DNA of 63,998 nt, filler included, from an uncultured bacterium (lineage in GTDB: Bacteria > Auribacterota > CAZIXI01): assembly GCA_964543115.1 (NCBI GenBank). It is 4 parts of 4 records of this genome, joined end to end, with 100 filler letters (N's around TTAATTAATTAA, not from the genome) between each part and the next. Parts side by side here need not be neighbours in the genome. Positions count along the whole stretch, not along the records: positions 19,120 to 38,056 come from CAZIXI010000041.1; 3 more parts are not named here. One strand, 5' to 3'. Position 1 is the first letter of the stretch; each line of letters starts with the position of its first letter. This document shows positions 19,294 to 28,630 of this stretch, piece after piece. The notes under the pieces are model-generated. The model searched no databases. It saw only the letters and a list, made by a program, of their open reading frames with translations, and was not told the origin of the DNA. A program made the position numbers and the translations under genes.

Positions 19294-21180
19294 TTAAATG
19301 GGTAATGTAAAATTAAATACAGTCCCCTTACCAACCTCGCTCTCTACCCGGATCCGGCCGCCGTGCAGTTCTACCAGTTCCTTGCAGATGGCCAGCCCCA
19401 GCCCGGTACCGCCATCAGTCCGGGTAAGTGATCCATCCAGCTGGCCGAACCGGGTAAAAAGTTTCGCGAAATCTTCTTTGCTGATCCCCACACCCGTATC
19501 CCTAACAGAAACCACTATTAACTTCTTGACCGCCTTGCGTTCTTTATCCGGCACAATCTGCATCCGGCAGGAAACAGTGATTATCCCGCCCGCCGGAGTA
19601 AACTTAACGGCGTTACCAATGAGATTAACCAATACCTGGGTAATTCTGTCCGGATCACATTCTACCGGCGGCAGTTTCTCGCCTAATTGATATTCCAGAG
19701 AAAGCTTATTATCTTCAACGATAAACCTCATCGGTTCCAGGGACCTTTTGATTAAATCCGCGATATCACAGCTGGCCCGGCGCAGCTGCAGCTTACCCAT
19801 TTCTATCTTCGAAAGGTCCAGCAGATCATTAATGAGATTGGCTAAACGATCTATGTTCCGTTTAGCAATTCCGAGAAAACGGTTATGTTCCGGAGTTAAT
19901 TCACCAGTGGTTCCGGCCAGCATCAGCATAACCGATTCTTTAATCGCGGTCAGCGGGGTGCGTAATTCATGGGAGGTGGTAGAAATAAACTCGCTTTTCA
20001 TCCGGTCGACTTCCTTCTCCTTGGTAATATCGGTAAGCAGCATGATCCAGCCGCTTTCCCGGGCCAGGCTGTCACTGGTCCGGGAAACATAAAATTTAAT
20101 TGTTTTTTTCTCTTTCCCCCAGACAAACTTCAGTTCTCTGGTAAGATATTTTTCTTTGGTTACGGCGATCTCTTTTAATAAACTGATTAGATCACGGTTT
20201 GTTAATGATCCCCAGAGGGTCTTCCCCAGCCTTATTTCTTTCAGGCCGAGGAGCAGCTTAGCTGCCGGATTGATCAGGGCTACCTCCTGTTTTTTATTCA
20301 GGGCAATGACCCCTTCGGACATACTGTGGATCATTGATTCCAGCCGGCTCCGGGCATCAGCCAGGGCCCGTTTTATCCGTTCGTTTTCAATAAAAAGCGC
20401 CAGCTCATCAGCGAGGATATTTAAAATGATTATATCCTCCGGGCCGAAGGCATCTTCTTTACTGCTGGCCAATACCAGCAACCCTTCCTTTTTTGTGCCG
20501 GTTAAAAGCGGAATGGAAACAAAAGACCGCAGCCGGGGAGATTCGGAACCATCCCTCAGTGTTTGCTGCGCGTAGACGCGCAGTTCTTTTTCGTTGACAT
20601 CCTCACCTATTTTTAATTTTGCCTCCTTTACCAGATAGTCGACAATCTGTTTACTGACACCGTTTCCCACATTATAATCGGAAGTAATTATCAGTTCATC
20701 CTGCGGCTGATAAAGAACCAGTAACGCTTCCGCTTCAACGGCAAACGCTTTTTTCAGCACCTCGAATATCGGCCTGACAATATTATGGGTATCATACTCG
20801 GCGGCAAATATCCGGCTCAGTTTATCCACCAGATACAACTGACCGTGCCGCTTTAGTTTTTCCTTTTCTTCGGTGATATTTAACAACAATTCCGCCGCCT
20901 TGGCGTCAACTATCTTTATATTGCCTTCTGTTATTTGGTGAAGCACCTTTTGATATTCTCTGGACCCGGATACCTCAATGATTATATCCAACTCCCTCTC
21001 GATAAAATCCGCCAGATTAGAAGAAGTCTCCAGCGCCATTTTCCGGGCACACCGGATCCCGGGAGAACTCTTATCCACGTCACAGACCCCAACCACACTG
21101 ACGCCTTCCAGCCCCCGCAGGACATTCAGCAGAGCAATCACCCGCTCATCACCGCCGAGTATCAATATTTTTGTTTTCAT
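19294..21180 (-). CDS. Sensor histidine kinase (degenerate Rossmann-like N-domain, GAF, PAS, HisKA, HATPase)
   Basis: FISTTSHELRTPL, QVLVNLIGNAVKFT, DTGVGI, GGTGLGL; N-terminus ILILGG...VVGVCD...DIIIEVSG. Confidence 0.92.
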   Translation of the reverse strand: MKTKILILGGDERVIALLNVLRGLEGVSVVGVCDVDKSSPGIRCARKMALETSSNLADFIERELDIIIEVSGSREYQKVLHQITEGNIKIVDAKAAELLLNITEEKEKLKRHGQLYLVDKLSRIFAAEYDTHNIVRPIFEVLKKAFAVEAEALLVLYQPQDELIITSDYNVGNGVSKQIVDYLVKEAKLKIGEDVNEKELRVYAQQTLRDGSESPRLRSFVSIPLLTGTKKEGLLVLASSKEDAFGPEDIIILNILADELALFIENERIKRALADARSRLESMIHSMSEGVIALNKKQEVALINPAAKLLLGLKEIRLGKTLWGSLTNRDLISLLKEIAVTKEKYLTRELKFVWGKEKKTIKFYVSRTSDSLARESGWIMLLTDITKEKEVDRMKSEFISTTSHELRTPLTAIKESVMLMLAGTTGELTPEHNRFLGIAKRNIDRLANLINDLLDLSKIEMGKLQLRRASCDIADLIKRSLEPMRFIVEDNKLSLEYQLGEKLPPVECDPDRITQVLVNLIGNAVKFTPAGGIITVSCRMQIVPDKERKAVKKLIVVSVRDTGVGISKEDFAKLFTRFGQLDGSLTRTDGGTGLGLAICKELVELHGGRIRVESEVGKGTVFNFTLPI

Positions 21181-21215
21181 AATACATCACCATTAGATTT
21201 TTTTCTAATCACTGA

Positions 21216-21578
21216 TTAAATACGCCTCCTAATCTCCGTCAGCAGCGCTTCCGGCTCGAACGGTTTAGCGACAAAGGCATCCGCGCCGGCATTTTTTGCC
21301 TCATCCACATCCCGGCCCTGGGTATGGGCAGTCAGGATAATGATCGGGATACCTTTAGTCTCCTCATTTTCCTTAGCCAGCCGGCAGACATCATAACCGT
21401 GCATCCCGGGCATCCGGATATCCAGAATCGCCAGATCCGGTTTTAACTGCATAATCTTTGTCAGCCCCTCCTGCCCGTCATAAGCGCAAACTACTTCATA
21501 GCCATTGGCTTCCAACCGAAACATTAATAGTTCCACCAACTGTTTCTCATCCTCGATTAATAAAATTTTCTTACCCAT
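21216..21578 (-). CDS. Single-domain response regulator
   Basis: ILLIEDE, LDIRMP, ILTA, KPF. Confidence 0.93.
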   Translation of the reverse strand: MGKKILLIEDEKQLVELLMFRLEANGYEVVCAYDGQEGLTKIMQLKPDLAILDIRMPGMHGYDVCRLAKENEETKGIPIIILTAHTQGRDVDEAKNAGADAFVAKPFEPEALLTEIRRRI

Positions 21579-21652
21579 AAAAACCTCCTGTTTGAGTTCG
21601 GAGTGTCAGAGCATCAGAGCATCGAGTATTGAGCATCCCTTGACCCTTGACC

Positions 21653-22015
21653 CTATCCTTTCAAAACTCGTTCAATCTCCTGAATCAGCACCTCCCGCTT
21701 GATGGGCTTGGTAACGATCCCCTGGGCCCCGGCACGTACCGCTTCGACAACCTCCGCTTCCTGCTCGTTAAGAACACTAACCACAACTACCTTCGCCTTT
21801 GAATCAAGCGCCATGATTCTTTTGATAGCATCAGTGCCGGGAGTCTTCATCAACAAATCCATGGTCACCAGATCCGGTTTCTTCTCTCTATACATGGTCA
21901 CTGCCTGATCAGCATCTTCCGCCTCACCGGCAATAGTATGACCAGCATGCTCCAGAGCCTCCCGAATTGTCATCCGCATAAAAACCGCATCATCACAAAC
22001 AAGTATTTTCGCCAT
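21653..22015 (-). CDS. cheY: CheY-like receiver, paralog 1 of a tandem triplet
   Basis: MAKILVCDD...TMDLLM...KPI; start chosen at MAKILV (track extends to 22054). Confidence 0.8.
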   Translation of the reverse strand: MAKILVCDDAVFMRMTIREALEHAGHTIAGEAEDADQAVTMYREKKPDLVTMDLLMKTPGTDAIKRIMALDSKAKVVVVSVLNEQEAEVVEAVRAGAQGIVTKPIKREVLIQEIERVLKG

Positions 22016-22083
22016 AATAACCCTCCCGTCCTTTATCTGTTCGGCCTTCTGCAACCATATCCGCTAGGAAAACGAAGTACGAA

Positions 22084-22446
22084 CTACGAATTTAGTACTC
22101 TATTTATCTCCCCCAGCAACACATCCCTTTTAATCGGTTTACTCACATAACCCTGGGCGCCATTCCTGATCCCCGCAATTATTTCTTTCTGTGAACCTTC
22201 CAATACGCTAACGATAATGATCTTCGCCTTTGAATCAATATCCTTAATCCTCTTTATCGCCCCTACCCCATCGGGCCTCATTATAATATCCATCAGCACC
22301 AGTTCCGGGTTTTTTGATTCATATTTAAGCACCGCTTCTTCACCATCCTTAGCCGTGTCAATAATTTCATGATTACCTGACTTTACGACACTAATGATTC
22401 TTTCCCTCATAAAATCCGAATCTTCACAGATCAATATCTCCGCCAT
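22084..22446 (-). CDS. cheY: CheY-like receiver, paralog 2
   Basis: MAEILICED...LMDIIM...KPI. Confidence 0.8.
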   Translation of the reverse strand: MAEILICEDSDFMRERIISVVKSGNHEIIDTAKDGEEAVLKYESKNPELVLMDIIMRPDGVGAIKRIKDIDSKAKIIIVSVLEGSQKEIIAGIRNGAQGYVSKPIKRDVLLGEINRVLNS

Positions 22447-22505
22447 GATAAACCTCCGGTTTAGTGTCAGAGCATCAAGAATTCCTTGACCCTTGACCCT
22501 TGACC

Positions 22506-22868
22506 CTATCCTTTTAGTACTCTATCTATCTCCCCCAGCAACACCTCTTTTTTTATCGGCTTTCCCCCATAACCCTGGGCGCCGGCCCTGATCGCCTCAA
22601 TAATTTCCGCTTGATTCTCTTCCATTATACTAATAACAATAATCTTCGCTTGCGGATCTTTCTCCTTAATCCTCTTTATTGCCAACACCCCGCCCGGCCG
22701 CATAATCATATCCATGGTTACCAGGTCCGGTTTTAGTGAAACATATTTTTCTACGGCAATATCGCCATTTTCAGCGATACCCGCCACTTCATGCCCCGCT
22801 TCCTCCAGCTGTTCCCTAAGCCGCCTCCGGGCAAAATCCGAATCATCACAAATTAATATTCGTGCCAT
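22506..22868 (-). CDS. cheY: CheY-like receiver, paralog 3
   Basis: MARILICDD...TMDMIM...KPI. Confidence 0.8.
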   Translation of the reverse strand: MARILICDDSDFARRRLREQLEEAGHEVAGIAENGDIAVEKYVSLKPDLVTMDMIMRPGGVLAIKRIKEKDPQAKIIVISIMEENQAEIIEAIRAGAQGYGGKPIKKEVLLGEIDRVLKG

Positions 22869-22929
22869 ACGTTACCTCCTGTTTCGATAGTCAACAATCT
22901 TTGACCCCGAGCTCCGCTCGCCCTTGACC

Positions 22930-24963
22930 CTAAATAAGCGATGCTACATCCAGGACCAAGGCCACCGTACCGTCTCCCAGTATCGTCGCGCCGGCAAAAC
23001 CCCGGATTCCTTTCAGTTCCTTGGTTAACTGTTTAATAACAATATCCTGCTGCATCAGCAGTTCATCAACAACAATCCCGCACTGCCTGACGCCAAATTC
23101 CACAACAACAATATTTAGTCGATGGCGAGCTTCGCTCGTAGTCGATAGCAGGCTTTTCGCAGCCCTCGTAGAGGGTCGATAGTCAGCTGTTGCTGACCGA
23201 TTAGCGTCGGGCGACGAAAACAGTTTGTCCAATCTCATTATTGGCAGTACCTTATTCCGGTGCAGGATTGTCTCCTGGTGCTCCATTTTCTTAATCACCT
23301 TTTCTTCAATTACAATAATCTCCGTCACACTAGAAATAGGCAGTGCAAACGTCCGGGCAGAGAGTTTTTCCAGCAGCGCCTTGACTACCGCTGTGGTTAC
23401 CGGCAGACGCATACTTATCTTGGTCCCTTTACCCGCGGTTGATTCAATGGCGATACCGCCGCCGAGACTTTCGGCCCGTTCCCTGACGACATCCAGGCCC
23501 ACACCGCGGCCGGAAACCTCGGTAACCTCCTTTTTCGTACTGAATCCCGGATGAGCGGTAAGCAGGAATATTTCTTCCTTACTCATAGAACTAATATCCG
23601 CTTCGGATACCAATCCCCGGTCCCGGGCGGTTTTCTTGATCATCTCCAGATCCATTCCCTTGCCGTCATCCTCAACCTCAATAAAAACATGGCTTTTTTC
23701 CCGGCGGGCAATCAGCATGATCCGGCCTTCCGCTGACTTACCGGATTTTTGCCGTTGGGCCGTTGGTTCCAGGCCATGATCAATGGCGTTACGTAACAGA
23801 TGGATTAACGGATCACCGATTTCATCCAGTACCGTCCGGTCCAGTTCAATATCCCCGCCAATAACATCAAATTTAACCTCTTTCCCTTCGTTCTTGGCCA
23901 GGTCGCGTACCAGACGGGGAAACCGGTCGAAAATATGGCTTACCGGCACCAGCCGCGCCTGCATCACCTCGTTTTGCAGGTCATCAGTCAACCGGCCCAG
24001 TTCTTCAATCACTGTCTTCAAATCAGGATCAGGCAGTTTCAAACCCACTTCGCTTAACCGCAGTTTACTGATTGCCAGTTCCTCAACCAGATTCATCAAC
24101 TTATCTAACCGGTTAATATCCACCCGCACACTCTGTATCTTGCGCAGCCCGGTGCCGGCTGCCGCCGCTTCCAGCGCCTCTTCCTCCTCCGCTGCCTGTT
24201 CTACTTCTATCCGGGACCAGGCCTCATCAATCTCAATCGCGGTAACCGTGACCTTTTCCACATCCAGAATCTCCTGCACCTTCTCCTTAACCTGCCGCGG
24301 GCCGGCCCTTGTTATAAAAATACATTCAAACCTCCGGTCAAATCTTTCTTCTTCCAGTTTACTACTATCGGGATAGGACTTAATCACTTCACCAATAGTA
24401 TGCAGGTTCCTAAAAATCATAAACGCGCGCACACTCTTAAGCACACAATTAGCAGCCAGAATAACCTTGATTAAATAACTGGAATAGCCGTCTTTTTTTA
24501 CCCTGGCCATAGTCTTTTTCTCAAATTCATTCAGGGAAATCCCTTCCGCGACCCTTTCTTCGACTATTGACGGCGCTTTAACAAGCTGTTTATCCAGGAG
24601 ATTAAGCAGCGCCGGCAGATTAATCTTAATCTGTTTATCTTCCTGAACCGCGTTCACCATCCGTTCCAAACCGTCAAATGACCTGAACAATAAATTAACC
24701 ACCTCAACAGTAACCGCGATGGTTTTATTACGTAACTGGTCCAGCACATCTTCCATTTTATGGGCCAGATCCGCGATAGAATAGTAGCCCATACTGGCCG
24801 ACATACTCTTTAGGGTATGGGCCGAACGAAAGATCGCCTCCAGCGCCTTCTTATTCTCCGGCTCCTTCTCCAGGCAGAGCAGGTTACTGTTTAACTGCTG
24901 CAGCAGCTCATCGCTTTCCTGTATATAGATTTTCTTGTATTCGTTGTTCTTATCCATAACCAT
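22930..24963 (-). CDS. cheA: Chemotaxis histidine kinase CheA with a palindromic in-frame insert in P5
   Basis: FRSAHTLKSMS (Hpt), P2, VRVDINRLDKLMNLV, HLLRNAIDHG, SGRGVGLDVV, GATILGDG. Confidence 0.97.
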   Translation of the reverse strand: MVMDKNNEYKKIYIQESDELLQQLNSNLLCLEKEPENKKALEAIFRSAHTLKSMSASMGYYSIADLAHKMEDVLDQLRNKTIAVTVEVVNLLFRSFDGLERMVNAVQEDKQIKINLPALLNLLDKQLVKAPSIVEERVAEGISLNEFEKKTMARVKKDGYSSYLIKVILAANCVLKSVRAFMIFRNLHTIGEVIKSYPDSSKLEEERFDRRFECIFITRAGPRQVKEKVQEILDVEKVTVTAIEIDEAWSRIEVEQAAEEEEALEAAAAGTGLRKIQSVRVDINRLDKLMNLVEELAISKLRLSEVGLKLPDPDLKTVIEELGRLTDDLQNEVMQARLVPVSHIFDRFPRLVRDLAKNEGKEVKFDVIGGDIELDRTVLDEIGDPLIHLLRNAIDHGLEPTAQRQKSGKSAEGRIMLIARREKSHVFIEVEDDGKGMDLEMIKKTARDRGLVSEADISSMSKEEIFLLTAHPGFSTKKEVTEVSGRGVGLDVVRERAESLGGGIAIESTAGKGTKISMRLPVTTAVVKALLEKLSARTFALPISSVTEIIVIEEKVIKKMEHQETILHRNKVLPIMRLDKLFSSPDANRSATADYRPSTRAAKSLLSTTSEARHRLNIVVVEFGVRQCGIVVDELLMQQDIVIKQLTKELKGIRGFAGATILGDGTVALVLDVASLI

Positions 24964-25005
24964 TCCCTTCGATTTTCTATTTATTTCTATTTATTTTTAT
25001 TTATT

Positions 25006-26049
25006 TCAGACAAATCGCATAATTTCAGTCGCCAGCCGGTGCAGGGGCACAACCTTATTGGCCAGCCCGGCTTCAATCACTGATTTTGGCATGCCGTAAA
25101 CAACACAGGAATCCTTATGCTCGGCCAGCACCATCCCGCCGGCGGACCTTATCGCCTGCGCCCCCAGCGTACCGTCAGAACCCATACCGGTAAGCACCAC
25201 CCCCACCGTTTTCTGCCGAAATATCTTTGCCGCTGATTCCATCATAATATTGGCGCTGGGTTTTACACCCATCTGCGCCGGCTTATCGCAGATTATTATC
25301 CGCGGATCATCTTCCTCGCCGGCCACCTCCATATGTTTACCTCCCCGGGCAATAATTACCGTTGCCGGTTTAATCGGCAGCTGGTCCTCGGCCTCAACAA
25401 TATTTATCTTTGACTGCCAGTTTAATCTCTCCGCCAAGGTCTTGGTAAACCCTTCCGGCATATGCTGAACAACCAGCACCCCGGCGGGCAGATTACCGCT
25501 TAATTTTGGCAGGATCGTGGCCAGGGCCTGGGTGCCGCCGGTAGAGGAAGCGATAGCAAACACCCGTTTCATCGCCGGCGGTTTTTTTAGAATTTTCTCT
25601 TTCTCAACCGCCTTCTGCGCCCAGATCAACCGTAAGCGCTCTACCGGAACCCGCGCCGCCATTTTTACTTTAGCGATTATTTCTTTCCCGATAGCGGCGA
25701 TATCCGGTGAAATCACGCCGCCGGGTTTAGCGATAAAACCAACCGCGCCGAATTCCAGCGCGTGAATCGTTTCTCGTGTCCCTTCCTTGGTAAAGGCGCT
25801 GATCATTACACAGGGCGTGGGCACTTCACTCATGATATATCCCAGTGTCTGGATCCCGTCAAGAACCGGCATTTCCACATCCAGGGTAACCACATCCGGC
25901 TTGAAACTGTACACCGCCTCCAGCGCCTCCTGCCCGTTACGGGCGATCGCCACCACCTCAATATCCGGATCACTGTTTAATATTTCATTTATCCGCTTAC
26001 GCATCAAAGCGCTATCATCAGCAATAATTACTCTAATTTTCTCACTCAT
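25006..26049 (-). CDS. cheB: Chemotaxis methylesterase CheB
   Basis: REC domain + ASSTGG, VQHMP, VLTGMGSDG, CVVYGMP; start at MSEKIRV (track extends to 26088). Confidence 0.96.
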   Translation of the reverse strand: MSEKIRVIIADDSALMRKRINEILNSDPDIEVVAIARNGQEALEAVYSFKPDVVTLDVEMPVLDGIQTLGYIMSEVPTPCVMISAFTKEGTRETIHALEFGAVGFIAKPGGVISPDIAAIGKEIIAKVKMAARVPVERLRLIWAQKAVEKEKILKKPPAMKRVFAIASSTGGTQALATILPKLSGNLPAGVLVVQHMPEGFTKTLAERLNWQSKINIVEAEDQLPIKPATVIIARGGKHMEVAGEEDDPRIIICDKPAQMGVKPSANIMMESAAKIFRQKTVGVVLTGMGSDGTLGAQAIRSAGGMVLAEHKDSCVVYGMPKSVIEAGLANKVVPLHRLATEIMRFV

Positions 26050-26129
26050 AAAAACTCCATTCATGTATTCACGAGATCTAAATTCCAATAATTCCTTGAC
26101 CCTTGCTACTTGACCCTTGACCCTTTTTT

Positions 26130-26492
26130 TTACCCCACGATCCTTTTAACCTCCTCCAACAACACCTCCGGCTTAAACGGTTTAATCACAAACCCCTTGG
26201 CTCCGGCCTGGATCGCCTCCACCACCATCGCCTGCTGACCCATAGCGCTGATCATCAGGATCCGGGCATCCGGATCAACTTTGGTAACTTCCCTAACCCC
26301 GTCAATCCCGCTCTGCTCACGCATAACAATATCCATTGTTATCAGATCCGGTTTCAAGGCCGGGTACTTGGCCACCGCGTCCATTACATTCTCACTCTCA
26401 CCGACAATCTCGTATCCATAGTTGGAAAGAATATCCTTAATCATTTCCCGCATGTAACTGGCATCATCCACTATCAGCACCTTCTTGCCCAT
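26130..26492 (-). CDS. cheY: Chemotaxis response regulator CheY (canonical Firmicute-type)
   Basis: KVLIVDDASYMR, TMDIVM, SAMGQQAMV, KPF. Confidence 0.93.
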   Translation of the reverse strand: MGKKVLIVDDASYMREMIKDILSNYGYEIVGESENVMDAVAKYPALKPDLITMDIVMREQSGIDGVREVTKVDPDARILMISAMGQQAMVVEAIQAGAKGFVIKPFKPEVLLEEVKRIVG

Positions 26493-26509
26493 TGTTCACC
26501 TCCATGTTT

Positions 26510-26961
26510 TAGTCGCTGGTCGCTAGTCGCTGGTCGCTAGTTGATTGATATCTTTTTAATAAGGTTTGTTGTCATTTTAGCGACATAAATAATTTTTCCT
26601 AATAAATTTTCAACCTCTCGCTTTCCTGGAAAACCTAAATCTGAAGTAAGAATCAATTGTGTTTCTAATTCTGCACAAGACCCTAAACTAATATATAAAA
26701 AATGTTTATATTCCTTATTATAGTTTCTAGCAAAACCCTCGGCTATATTTGAAGGAATAGAAACAGCTGATCTTCTTATTTGTGCTGTTAAACCATACAG
26801 CTCTTCTTTAGGAAATTTCTTAGACACTAAATACACATCTTTCACAATTTCTCTTCCTAATTGCCATATCTTTAAATCTTTATAATCCTTTATCTTCTCG
26901 ACCATCTTGTCTCCCCTTTACTCCAACCACCATCAACTAGCGACTAGCGACTAGCGACTAG
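26510..26961. mobile_element. Cassette: four-helix-bundle gene enclosed by inverted heptamer arrays
   Basis: (GTCGCT[A/G])x4 at 26510-26540 and (CGACTAG)x4 at 26934-26961 are reverse complements; interior is visibly AT-richer; mobility is inferred. Confidence 0.55.
26537..26905 (-). CDS. Four helix bundle protein (23S rRNA IVP / Avd-like family)
   Basis: YKDLKIWQ, FPKEELYGLTAQIRRSAVSIPSNIAEG, GSCAELETQL. Confidence 0.95.
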   Translation of the reverse strand: MVEKIKDYKDLKIWQLGREIVKDVYLVSKKFPKEELYGLTAQIRRSAVSIPSNIAEGFARNYNKEYKHFLYISLGSCAELETQLILTSDLGFPGKREVENLLGKIIYVAKMTTNLIKKISIN

Positions 26962-27446
26962 ATTTCTTTCTCGCCATAATGTATCGTCCTCACTTTCAAT
27001 TTCCCGGTCACTGTATTCAGGGTAATCGTCCGGCCGACAGAACCGCCAATCTCCTCGGCGGTAATCGGAATCTTAAAGGATCTCAGATACTGCCGCGCCG
27101 CGTCCGTATTGCGTTTCCCGATATGAACACTTTCTCTGGTAGGGATATCCGGGAACATATTGGCCCCGCCGGCAAGTCTGGCCTTAATATGTTTTCTTTG
27201 CGCTCCCAGCTCCAGCATCCGGCTCAACAACTGTTCCAGGGCCGTATTCACGAACTTTGCCAGGTTGCTCCGGGAACTGCTCTTGGCGTAATTTACGTCC
27301 GGCAGCATCGCGTGGGCGATACCGCCCACCCGGGCATAATGATCATAAAGAACAACCCCGACACAAGATCCCAAGGCCTGGGTCTCCAGGGCCTCCGGAC
27401 TCCGGGCCGCCGCTAACTGTGCCATCCCCACTCGTATAGTCGTCAC
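26958..27446 (-). CDS. cheD: Chemoreceptor glutamine deamidase CheD
   Basis: LGSCVGV, GGIAHAMLP, KARLAGGANMF, IGKRN, GGSVGRT. Confidence 0.96.
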   Translation of the reverse strand: MTTIRVGMAQLAAARSPEALETQALGSCVGVVLYDHYARVGGIAHAMLPDVNYAKSSSRSNLAKFVNTALEQLLSRMLELGAQRKHIKARLAGGANMFPDIPTRESVHIGKRNTDAARQYLRSFKIPITAEEIGGSVGRTITLNTVTGKLKVRTIHYGEKEI

Positions 27447-27461
27447 TTCGTTCCTCCTTTT

Positions 27462-27539
27462 TAGTCTCTCGTCACTCGTCGCTCGTATTTTTTACGAACA
27501 ACCAGCAACTAGCGACTAGCGACCAGCGGCTAGCGACTA
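27462..27539. repeat. Inverted heptamer arrays without cargo (cheY-cheD junction)
   Basis: GTC(G/A/T)CTC units 27462-27486, short T-run spacer, (TAGCGAC)-type units to 27539. Confidence 0.85.
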
Positions 27540-27908
27540 TTTCAGGATACGTTCTAATGCGCTAAGCACGCGTGAGGACTCAAACGGCTTCACGATAAAA
27601 TCCTTGGCCCCGGCCTGGATCGCCTCCACCACCAGCTGCTGCTGACCCATAGCGCTGACCATGAGGATCCTGGCTTTCTTATCATGCCCGACAATCTCTT
27701 TAACCGCGTCAATCCCGCCCATTTCCGGCATAATAATATCCATGGTCACGATATCCGGCTTTGTCTTCTTATACTGATCCACGCTTTCCTTACCGTTAGC
27801 CGCCTCCGCCACAACTTCATAGCCGCCGCTTTTCAGGATATCGCTCAGCATCCGGCGCATGAAAATGGCATCATCGGTTACCAGCACCTTGGCTCCTTTC
27901 TTTGCCAT
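27537..27908 (-). CDS. cheY: Chemotaxis response regulator CheY (canonical)
   Basis: VLVTDDAIFMR, TMDIIMP, SAMGQQQLV, KPF. Confidence 0.93.
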   Translation of the reverse strand: MAKKGAKVLVTDDAIFMRRMLSDILKSGGYEVVAEAANGKESVDQYKKTKPDIVTMDIIMPEMGGIDAVKEIVGHDKKARILMVSAMGQQQLVVEAIQAGAKDFIVKPFESSRVLSALERILK

Positions 27909-27922
27909 AAACTCCTCCTTTT

Positions 27923-27997
27923 TCTCGTCGCTCGTCTCTCGTCGCTTGTCGCTAGTGTTTTTCTTACGAGCGACTAGCGACTAGCGACTAGCGGCTA
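27923..27997. repeat. Inverted heptamer arrays without cargo (cheW-cheY junction)
   Basis: GTCGCTC/GTCGCTA units 27923-27956, spacer TTTTTTCTT, (GCGACTA)n 27966-27997. Confidence 0.85.
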
Positions 27998-28491
27998 TCT
28001 TCTTTAGCCACCTCAGTTACCTGTTTTAACTCCTCATGAGAGAGTATCTTCTCGGCATTAAGCAGAATAATCAGCCTGTCTTCCAGCTTACCGACACCCT
28101 TAATAAAATCCGCGTGTACCTGGCTCTCGATCATTTCCGGGGTGGGATCAATATTAATGGAAGAAATACGCAATACCTCCGGCACCTCATCAACAATCAG
28201 CCCGACCGTATTCTCTTTCACCTCCACAACCACGATCCTGGTCTTTTCCGAGCGCTCCGTCACCGGCAGTTCAAACCGCCGCGCAAGCTCCATTACCGCC
28301 ACTATCTGGCCGCGCAGATTAATCACCCCTTCGATGAATTCCGGCGCCTTGGGCATCGGGGTCACATCCTGCATCCGCATCATCTCCCGCACTTGGGAAA
28401 TCTCCAGCCCGAACTCTTCGCCGGCCAGCCGGAAAATCACCAGCTGGACCTCTTCCATCCCCGCCTGTCCTTCCTTCTTCACCTCTGCCAT
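27988..28491 (-). CDS. cheW: Chemotaxis adaptor CheW
   Basis: QLVIFRLAGEEFG, TPMPKAPEFIEGVINLRG, GLIVDEV. Confidence 0.96.
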   Translation of the reverse strand: MAEVKKEGQAGMEEVQLVIFRLAGEEFGLEISQVREMMRMQDVTPMPKAPEFIEGVINLRGQIVAVMELARRFELPVTERSEKTRIVVVEVKENTVGLIVDEVPEVLRISSINIDPTPEMIESQVHADFIKGVGKLEDRLIILLNAEKILSHEELKQVTEVAKEDSR

Positions 28492-28630
28492 ACGCCACCT
28501 CCTTTTAAATCGCTGAACTATGCGGAACCCTACGCGTAGATTCCGCGTTATGTTTTCTTCCGCGCGGTTCCGCGTTTCTTAAATTCCGCCATCTGCTTGC
28601 GCATCGCCTCCGTCTGCTGACGAAGTTTTT

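Noticed and set aside
26537..26905. 23S rRNA intervening sequence
   Set aside because: The family name suggests it, but there is no rRNA sequence on either side; the gene lies between cheD and cheY.
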